A DNA stretch of 51,703 nt, taken from contig CAZTRE010000005.1 in NCBI GenBank assembly GCA_964616405.1, positions 1-51,703 on the forward strand. Direction: 5' to 3'. Origin of the DNA: an uncultured Mycoplasma sp. Its GTDB lineage: Bacteria; Bacillota_I; Bacilli_A; RF39; UBA660. The number at the start of each line of letters is the position of its first letter. The stretch's first letter is position 1. Under the pieces are notes generated by a model that saw only the letters and a list, made by a program, of their open reading frames with translations, did no database searches and had not been told where the DNA came from. Both the position numbers and the translations under genes were made by a program. This document shows, piece after piece, positions 45,546 through 51,703 of this stretch.

Positions 45546-45580
45546 AAAAGCTTAGATATCAATTGATGTCTAAGCTTTTT
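45546..45580. terminator. bidirectional terminator between ORF 45015 and rpsD
   Basis: AAAAGCTTAGA ... TCTAAGCTTTT inverted repeat. Confidence 0.75.
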
Positions 45581-45587
45581 ACTTATA

Positions 45588-46190
45588 TTACTTGTTGTAG
45601 AATTCAACGATTAATGCTTCATTGATATCAGCATTAAGTTCATTTCTTTCAGGGAGTCTAACGAATGTTGCTTCTTTTTTATTTTCATCATAAGTAATGA
45701 ATTCAACTCTCTTAGTTGTTTTTTCTAATGATTCGTTAACAACTTTTAGGTTTTTATCATCTTCTTTTAATGAAATAACGTCTCCAACTTTAACTCTATA
45801 TGAAGGAATATCAACTTTTTTACCATTAACAGTAACGTGTCCGTGGTTAACAAGTTGTCTAGCTCCACGACGAGTAGTTGAGAAACCAATGCGGTATACT
45901 AAGTTATCTAAACGTGATTCTAATAATCTTAAGAAGTTAGTACCATGAATACCTTGCATTTTTCCAGCCTCTAAGAAAGTTTTGTGGAATTGTTTTTCAT
46001 TAACTCCATACATAAAACGAACTTTTTGTTTTTCTTTTAATTGATTACCATAGTCAGATGGTTTACCTTTACGAGCATTACCATGTTGACCTGGACCATA
46101 TGGACGTTTAGCTAATTCTTTACCTGTTTCACTAATTGAGAATCCAACACGACGAGCTTGTTTATAAGCTGGACCTGTATATCTTGCCAT
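45588..46190 (-). CDS. rpsD: 30S ribosomal protein S4
   Basis: [19 protein letters not shown]... plus the S4 RNA-binding domain ([28 protein letters not shown]). 200 aa. Confidence 0.97.
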   Translation of the reverse strand: MARYTGPAYKQARRVGFSISETGKELAKRPYGPGQHGNARKGKPSDYGNQLKEKQKVRFMYGVNEKQFHKTFLEAGKMQGIHGTNFLRLLESRLDNLVYRIGFSTTRRGARQLVNHGHVTVNGKKVDIPSYRVKVGDVISLKEDDKNLKVVNESLEKTTKRVEFITYDENKKEATFVRLPERNELNADINEALIVEFYNK

Positions 46191-46349
46191 AATTAATTTC
46201 TCCTTTCTCTGTATTACAAATCAATGAAATGAATTAGTCGTATCTTAGGGAGTTTTTCTTATCGTTTCGCATAAACAGCTACTGTTACTAAGCTAATATG
46301 TGAAAAACACTTTAAAATACTCTAATTCCGCTGTTTCAAGGAATTTGCA
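46191..46349 (-). promoter_or_regulatory. long rpsD 5' leader, candidate S4 autoregulatory element
   Basis: ~160 nt lie between the consensus promoter and the rpsD ATG. It contains AACAG-tag-CTGTT, and a second AAACAG competes for the same CTGTTT. Confidence 0.4.
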
Positions 46350-46355
46350 TTTTTA

Positions 46356-46384
46356 ATTATATGTTAAAAGTGTTGATATGTCAA
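46356..46384 (-). promoter_or_regulatory. consensus sigma-A promoter of rpsD
   Basis: On the minus strand: TTGACA (46384-46379), exactly 17 nt, TATAAT (46361-46356). Confidence 0.75.
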
Positions 46385-46430
46385 GGGTCTTGTGAATTTT
46401 ATTCGTAAACACTTGGTAATCAGTTACAAT

Positions 46431-46456
46431 ATAAAAGAGAAACAAATCTGTTTCTC
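46431..46456 (-). terminator. terminator of the alpha-CTD-like operon
   Basis: GAGAAACA-gatt-TGTTTCTC stem followed (minus strand) by TTTTAT. Confidence 0.7.
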
Positions 46457-46460
46457 CATA

Positions 46461-46625
46461 TTAAATATTTGTTTGTTTTAATTCATCTTTTTGTAAAAGA
46501 AGCTCTTTCTTTTGAATGTTTAATTTTATAATTTCATTTTGATTTTTGATTTTTTTAATTTCTTCTTCTAGATCATTAATTTCAGCATCTAAATGTGTAA
46601 TTATTTTAATTTGATTTTCTACCAT
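46461..46625 (-). CDS. 54-aa coiled-coil mini-protein, absent from the ORF track; overlaps the 3' end of the upstream ORF in another frame
   Basis: MVENQIKIITHLDAEINDLEEEIKKIKNQNEIIKLNIQKKELLLQKDELKQTNI. GAAGG lies 8 nt upstream of the ATG. The terminator follows immediately. Confidence 0.45.
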   Translation of the reverse strand: MVENQIKIITHLDAEINDLEEEIKKIKNQNEIIKLNIQKKELLLQKDELKQTNI

Positions 46626-47031
46626 GAGGAATACCTTCTTTCAAATTATTTACTGTAGAGACAATTTTTTTATCTAAGGCAGTTTCTTGCGCTAATAGGG
46701 CTTGTCTTTCAACCATTAATTGGTTGTATTTTTCTATCAATTGTTCTTTTCGTTGAATTCGGTTTTTAATAGCATCATTTTCTATTTGAGCTTGTAGAAC
46801 CATAGCCTCAGTTGGTCTAAAAGTAACGTCTGGTCGATTGGCTGTTTTTATCTGGGCTTCTGCAGGTTGTTTAAATTCTAATTCCATATTTTGCATTAGG
46901 GCAAGTATTTTTTGTTGTCTTAAGGGACCCATTCCATTTAGTTGTAGAACATCAGGGCCAAAGTTTACTAAATCTTCGATTGTGTATATGCCATTTTGAT
47001 ATAATAATTTAGATAATCTACTATTTTGCAA
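46606..47031 (-). CDS. protein with one RNA polymerase alpha-CTD-like HhH module plus a coiled coil (TTG start)
   Basis: SRLSKLLYQNGIYTIEDLVNFGPDVLQLNGMGPLRQQKILALM resembles the RpoA CTD. The C-terminal half is heptad-rich. Confidence 0.55.
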   Translation of the reverse strand: MQNSRLSKLLYQNGIYTIEDLVNFGPDVLQLNGMGPLRQQKILALMQNMELEFKQPAEAQIKTANRPDVTFRPTEAMVLQAQIENDAIKNRIQRKEQLIEKYNQLMVERQALLAQETALDKKIVSTVNNLKEGIPHGRKSN

Positions 47032-47070
47032 ATATTCCTCTAATAAATCTACTCCATTAGCTTTTAGTTT

Positions 47071-47574
47071 TTATGTAACTTCGTCTATTGATGGTTCTTC
47101 ATTTTTTAGTGTATAACCCAAACTATGAACATAGTCTTTTAACAGTTGTATTCTTTCTGTGCCAAGATTTCGTGATATTGCGAGAGCTCTATAATCGTGA
47201 TCTACTAAATCACCAAAAGTGAAAACTCCACTGTGTTTTAGAACTGTTTTTATAGCCGTAGGAAGATCTAAGGCATCAATTTTAATTAAACCAATATCTT
47301 GGGGTATTCCCATATTTTCAAATTCATTTTTAAAAGTTACACCATAATCATAATGTAATAGTTTTTCAAGTTCTCTTAAAGCGAAAGGTTTTAGATAGTC
47401 TTCGTGAGTGCCAGATCTTTTTTTACTTGGTTCAAAAATATTGATTATTTTCTCTTTTTTTTCATTGATTAAGTCATTTAGTGTGATGTAGCCCATATCC
47501 TTTAGACTTTCTTTTGTATCATCACTTAAATCTAAGTATTTAATTAAAATTTCTGTTGGTTGTATATTACTCAT
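47071..47574 (-). CDS. protein with two RNA polymerase alpha-CTD-like HhH modules
   Basis: AGGAGG RBS. LDLSDDTKESLKDMGYITLNDLI and IDALDLPTAIKTVLKHSGVFTFGDLVDHDYRALAISRNLGTERIQLLKDYVHSLGY. Confidence 0.65.
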   Translation of the reverse strand: MSNIQPTEILIKYLDLSDDTKESLKDMGYITLNDLINEKKEKIINIFEPSKKRSGTHEDYLKPFALRELEKLLHYDYGVTFKNEFENMGIPQDIGLIKIDALDLPTAIKTVLKHSGVFTFGDLVDHDYRALAISRNLGTERIQLLKDYVHSLGYTLKNEEPSIDEVT

Positions 47575-47838
47575 TTTTACCTCCTGATTATTTGTATAAT
47601 AAATTAGGTTCTGTTTATGTTCTTATACTATTTTAGTGTATCATGTGTGGTTGTTTTTTTCTATATTTATAAATATAAAAACAATAATTTGACATTTTAG
47701 ACAAATTTTAATTTATTTATTTGTTTTATAGCTTTTTTTAATTTCTTTATAGTAGGAAGGAAATATTTATAAAAAATGTAGAAATATGTTGTATAAATGT
47801 GATAGAATATGATTAGAATTGAGAATAGAGGTGAGAAT

Positions 47839-49551
47839 ATGGAAGGACAATATCTTATTATTGGATCAGTAGCTATTGTTGTGGTTATTGTTGTTTTAAT
47901 TATTCTTCACTTTATTAAGGATGCACGACTAAAGTATTATCGTGAAAAAATTAAAAATTTGGAAGTACAGAGAAATTTAGTTGCCTCTACTCCTGTTTTA
48001 TTAGAGTTATCAAAAGTAGAACCTATTATTAAAAATGATAAAATGGAAGAAAAGTACAATAAATGGCAAGATAGATTTTCATATATTAGAGAACGTCGTT
48101 TGGCTGTTATAGACGATATGTTAATTGATTTAGATGTTTTTATGGATAAACGTGATTATAAAACTTGTACTATTAACATTGCCAAAGTAGAAATTGAAAT
48201 ATATAAAGCTAGAGAGTCAGCAGAAAGATTGTTAGACGAAATTAAAGATATTACTCTTAGTGAAGAAAAGTATCGAGCTATTGTAATTAAGCTTAAAACT
48301 AAATATCGTAATTTAAATAAAGAGTTTTTAGATCATAAACAATTGTATGAGTCTATGCAAGAAGCTATTAGTTTACAACTTGATAATATTGAGAGTAAAT
48401 TCTTAGATTTTGAAAAAGTCATGGAAAAGAATGAATATAGTGAAGTTGTTCATATCGTTAAAGCGCTTGATGCAATGATTGAGCATATGGATATTATTAT
48501 TAAAGAAGTTCCTGATGTTTTATTAATGGCTAATCAAGTAATTCCTAATCGAATGAAGGAAGTAAATTTAACTTATAAAGATATGCTTAATCAGGGATTT
48601 CCATTGGATTATTTAAATATTGAATATAATTTGGAAGAAACTAGTAAAAATATTGAGGCTATTTTGGATAGGGTTAAAATACTTAACTTAGAAGGAGCAA
48701 TGTTTGATTTAAAAACGATGCTTGAATATTTTGATTCATTATTTATTGATTTTGAGAAGGAAAGACTATCAAGAAAAGTATTTGAAGAAGTTAATACTGA
48801 TTTTAAGAAGAAAATTGAAAAAACTAATAAACTAGTAAGTGATGTTTATGATCAACTTGATGATATTAAAAATATGTATGATTTGGAAGATCAAGATATT
48901 GAAATAATTCATGAAGTTAATAAAGTATTAATTGTGATAAATGATGATTATAAAAAATTATTATCTAAAGTTGAAGCTGGAGCTACACCTTATTCAATGT
49001 TAAATGAAGAGATTGAAAACTTAACATTGAGACTTGCTTCAATGGAAGAAGAATTTGATAAGGCTCTAAAGTCACTTGGTAATATGTATGAAGATGAAGT
49101 TCGGGCTAGGGAACAATTAGAAGAAATTCAAGAATTTTTAAAACAATGTAAGACAAAAATGCGGACTTATAAATTGCCAGTTATAACAGATAATTATTTT
49201 GTACAATTGTCTGAGGCAAATGAAGCAATAGTTGAAGTTATAAAAGAGCTAGAGAAAAAACCAATTGAAATTAAAGTGTTAAATACACGTGTTGATACAG
49301 CTAGAGATTTAGTTTTAAAACTTTATAATACAACTAATGAAATGATTAAGACAGCACAGCTTGCTGAAATGTCTATTGTATATGGTAATAGATATCGTAT
49401 GAGTTATCCGGAAGTTGATAAAGGTTTATTTGACGCAGAAATTCAATTTTTTAAGGGTAATTATAAAGCTGCTTTAGATATTTCAATAAAATCTACGGCG
49501 TTAGTAGATGAGGATATTTATAAAAAATTATTACGCGTATATGATAAGTAA
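47839..49551 (+). CDS. ezrA: septation ring formation regulator EzrA
   Basis: N-terminal TM helix followed by ~540 aa of spectrin-like coiled coil. The size and the position upstream of thiI match Bacillus. Confidence 0.85.
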   Translation: MEGQYLIIGSVAIVVVIVVLIILHFIKDARLKYYREKIKNLEVQRNLVASTPVLLELSKVEPIIKNDKMEEKYNKWQDRFSYIRERRLAVIDDMLIDLDVFMDKRDYKTCTINIAKVEIEIYKARESAERLLDEIKDITLSEEKYRAIVIKLKTKYRNLNKEFLDHKQLYESMQEAISLQLDNIESKFLDFEKVMEKNEYSEVVHIVKALDAMIEHMDIIIKEVPDVLLMANQVIPNRMKEVNLTYKDMLNQGFPLDYLNIEYNLEETSKNIEAILDRVKILNLEGAMFDLKTMLEYFDSLFIDFEKERLSRKVFEEVNTDFKKKIEKTNKLVSDVYDQLDDIKNMYDLEDQDIEIIHEVNKVLIVINDDYKKLLSKVEAGATPYSMLNEEIENLTLRLASMEEEFDKALKSLGNMYEDEVRAREQLEEIQEFLKQCKTKMRTYKLPVITDNYFVQLSEANEAIVEVIKELEKKPIEIKVLNTRVDTARDLVLKLYNTTNEMIKTAQLAEMSIVYGNRYRMSYPEVDKGLFDAEIQFFKGNYKAALDISIKSTALVDEDIYKKLLRVYDK

Positions 49552-49556
49552 AGAAG

Positions 49557-49581
49557 CACTGGCAAGTTTGTCAGTGTTTTT
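49557..49581 (+). terminator. terminator after ezrA
   Basis: CACTGGCA-agtt-TGTCAGTG stem followed by a T5 run. Confidence 0.65.
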
Positions 49582-49634
49582 GTTGTTTATAGAGGTTGTT
49601 TTGTGGTAAAATATGCGTGATGGAGGAAAGGATT

Positions 49635-50822
49635 ATGAACAGAGTTATATTAATTAAATATGGGGAACTTAGTACTAAAAAAGGAAACAGGAATTTTTTT
49701 ATTAAGACTTTGTATGATAATGTAAAAAATAAATTAAAAAATTATGATGTGAAAATATCTAAAGATAGAGCTAGAATGTATATTGAGTTTTTAGATAGTG
49801 ATTTAGAAGATATTAAAAAAATAATTGATCGAGTATTTGGTATTCATATGTATCACATTGCATATATTGTTGATACTAATATTGAAACTATTAAGAGTAA
49901 TGTTTTAAATATTGTTTCGAAGGAGAAATTTAAGACTTTTAAAATTGAAGTTAAAAGAAGCAATAAAAATTTTCCTATTCATAGCCAAGAATTTAATCAT
50001 GTACTTGGTGGAGTAATCTTAAAAAATATTAATAATATTAAGGTTGATGTACATAATCCTGATATATTAGTTAAAGTTGAGATTAGAGAAAAGAATACAT
50101 ATATTTACTTAAATAGTTATAAAGGTAGTGGTGGATATCCTGTTGGGACACAACCAAAAGGTATGTTGATGTTATCAGGTGGAATTGATTCACCTGTTGC
50201 GGGATATTTAGCCATGAAACGTGGTGTAAAGATAGAAGCTGTATATTTCGAAGCTATTCCACATACTAGCTTGGAGGCTAGAAATAAAGTAATTAAATTA
50301 TGTAAAAAGTTAGCGGCTTATACTGATCATATTAATTTGCATATTGTTAATTTCACGCCTATTCAGGAACAAATTTATAAAAATTGTCGAGAAGACTACT
50401 GCATTACTATTATGCGTAGAATGATGTATCGAATTATGGAAAAGCTTGCTAATAAATATAAGGGCTTGGCAATTATTAATGGTGAATCAGTAGGACAAGT
50501 TGCTTCACAAACACTTGTTAGTATGAATGTAATTAATAATGTTACTAATATGCCAGTAATTAGACCAGTTGCCTGTTTAGATAAATTAGAAATTATGGAT
50601 ATCGCAAGACATATAGATACTTATGAAACAAGTATTTTACCATTTGAAGATTGTTGTACGGTTTTTGTACCTAAGCATCCGGTAATTAATCCAAGAATTG
50701 ATACAGCGATTTATGAAGAAGAAAAATTTAATTATCAAGAAATGATTGATAAAGCAGTTGAGGATATTAATACAATTAAAATTGTTGAAGATGAAGATGG
50801 CGAATTTAGCGATTTGTTATAA
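49635..50822 (+). CDS. thiI: tRNA 4-thiouridine synthase ThiI (no rhodanese domain)
   Basis: IKYGELSTKKGNR (THUMP N-terminus) and SGGIDSPVAGY PP-loop. The start was moved to MNRVILIKYGE (GGAGGAAAGG RBS). Confidence 0.92.
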   Translation: MNRVILIKYGELSTKKGNRNFFIKTLYDNVKNKLKNYDVKISKDRARMYIEFLDSDLEDIKKIIDRVFGIHMYHIAYIVDTNIETIKSNVLNIVSKEKFKTFKIEVKRSNKNFPIHSQEFNHVLGGVILKNINNIKVDVHNPDILVKVEIREKNTYIYLNSYKGSGGYPVGTQPKGMLMLSGGIDSPVAGYLAMKRGVKIEAVYFEAIPHTSLEARNKVIKLCKKLAAYTDHINLHIVNFTPIQEQIYKNCREDYCITIMRRMMYRIMEKLANKYKGLAIINGESVGQVASQTLVSMNVINNVTNMPVIRPVACLDKLEIMDIARHIDTYETSILPFEDCCTVFVPKHPVINPRIDTAIYEEEKFNYQEMIDKAVEDINTIKIVEDEDGEFSDLL

Positions 50823-50893
50823 ATTTCCAATAAAAAATGTGTATTAAAAAGCTCATTGTTTCGCATTCTAGTAATGTACAGGAGGTGAAACAA

Positions 50894-51100
50894 ATGAACA
50901 ACCAAAACTCAATGAAGATGAGAGTTCCAGGAGCTAAACAAGCTATTGAAAAAATGAAATACGAAATAGCTAACGAATTTGGTGTTAATTTAGGACCAGA
51001 TGCTTCTAGTAGAGCTAACGGATCAGTTGGTGGTGAAATTACTAGACGTTTAGTTCAAAATGGTATGAACCAAGTTAGTGGAAGCTACAACAATAAATAG
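50894..51100 (+). CDS. alpha/beta-type small acid-soluble spore protein
   Basis: KYEIANEFGVNLGPDASSRANGSVGGEITRRLV is the canonical SASP motif. AGGAGGTGA RBS. Confidence 0.92.
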   Translation: MNNQNSMKMRVPGAKQAIEKMKYEIANEFGVNLGPDASSRANGSVGGEITRRLVQNGMNQVSGSYNNK

Positions 51101-51109
51101 TGAAGCTTA

Positions 51110-51142
51110 AAAGATAGGCCTTAGGGTCTATCTTTTGTTTTT
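51110..51142 (+). terminator. terminator after the SASP gene
   Basis: AGATAGGCC-ttag-GGTCTATCT stem followed by a T-rich run. Confidence 0.7.
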
Positions 51143-51216
51143 TGTACTTTTGGGTGGAAAAATAAATATAATTCGTGTATAATACTAATAGATTATTTGA
51201 AAGAGGTGTGTTAGTT

Positions 51217-51703
51217 ATGAAAATAATGTCAATTAATGCAGGAAGTAGTTCTTTAAAATTTAGTCTATTTAATATGGACAATGAAGAAGTTATTGCTAGT
51301 GGATTATTTGAAAGAATTGGTATTGAACAAAGTTGTTATACAATTAAGTATAATGGTGAAAAGGTTAAACAAGAAGTTGATTTACCTGATCATAGTGTAG
51401 CTGTTTCTATTCTTTTAGAAAAGTTAGTTGATTTAGGAATTATTAAATCATTAGATGAAATTAATGGAGTAGGACATAGAATCGTTAGTGGTGGAGATCG
51501 TTATAGTGAGTCAATCTTAGTTACTGATAAAGTAGTTGAAGATATTATTGAATTAAAAGATTATGCGCCATTACATAATCCAGCTCATGTACTTGGAATT
51601 AACGCTTTTAGAAAAGCTTTACCTAATGTACCTATGACTGTAGTATTTGATACTGCATTCCATCAAACAATGGATCCAGTAAGTTATTTATATCCTGTAC
51701 CTT
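51217..51703 (+). CDS. ackA: acetate kinase, 5' partial (runs off the window)
   Basis: MKIMSINAGSSSLKFSLF ... GHRIVSGG ... PLHNP ... VFDTAFHQTM. No stop before the window end. Confidence 0.93.
   Translation, partial: MKIMSINAGSSSLKFSLFNMDNEEVIASGLFERIGIEQSCYTIKYNGEKVKQEVDLPDHSVAVSILLEKLVDLGIIKSLDEINGVGHRIVSGGDRYSESILVTDKVVEDIIELKDYAPLHNPAHVLGINAFRKALPNVPMTVVFDTAFHQTMDPVSYLYPVP

Noticed and set aside
1-51703. CRISPR arrays, IS elements or transposases, prophage genes, toxin-antitoxin pairs, or known defence-system signatures.
   Set aside because: I scanned the ORF translations and intergenic regions. I saw no repeat-spacer arrays, no DDE/serine/tyrosine recombinase motifs and no recognisable nuclease/helicase/methylase defence modules.

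Overview
This is an AT-rich (roughly 30% GC by eye) Firmicutes chromosomal segment. It appears to come from an endospore former, because it carries an alpha/beta-type SASP, a Cse60-like mini-ORF and a SpoVB/MurJ-type flippase. I recognise no rRNA, CRISPR array, transposase, integrase or phage gene, so this reads as core genome.

Content: one tRNA-Thr(CGU) and two T-box leaders (Leu specifier upstream of leuS, Tyr specifier upstream of tyrS). Housekeeping genes are fhs, leuS, tyrS, trmB, rpsD, ezrA, thiI and a 5' partial ackA. Their order resembles the Bacillus tyrS-rpsD...ezrA-thiI-sspA neighbourhood.

There is a strong cell-envelope theme: cdaA-cdaR, an NlpC/P60 hydrolase, an S41 Ctp peptidase, two VanY/M15 peptidases, two tandem FemAB transferases, a MurJ/SpoVB flippase, and a sortase with a thioester-domain adhesin. 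Also present are an NfeD-SPFH pair, a patatin / radical-SAM / DUF1294 operon, a GH31 hydrolase, YtxG/YtxH-like proteins and many lineage-specific hypothetical proteins.

Most worth a second look:
1. A three-ORF operon (46461..47574) built only of RNA-polymerase alpha-CTD-like HhH modules and coiled coils. It is interrupted by an in-frame TAA and a frame switch.
2. An ankyrin-like + Clp-NBD1-only AAA+ protein.
3. A Cys-cluster/nucleotidyltransferase-like protein translationally coupled to a PHP phosphoesterase.
4. T-box leaders that control an extra gene ahead of each synthetase: a CYTH enzyme before tyrS and a small membrane protein before leuS.
5. A thioester adhesin/sortase pair with non-canonical motifs, next to a gene remnant.
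6. Two genes whose strong RBS+ATG is out of frame with the long ORF.

All family assignments come from motif recognition by eye. No database search was possible.
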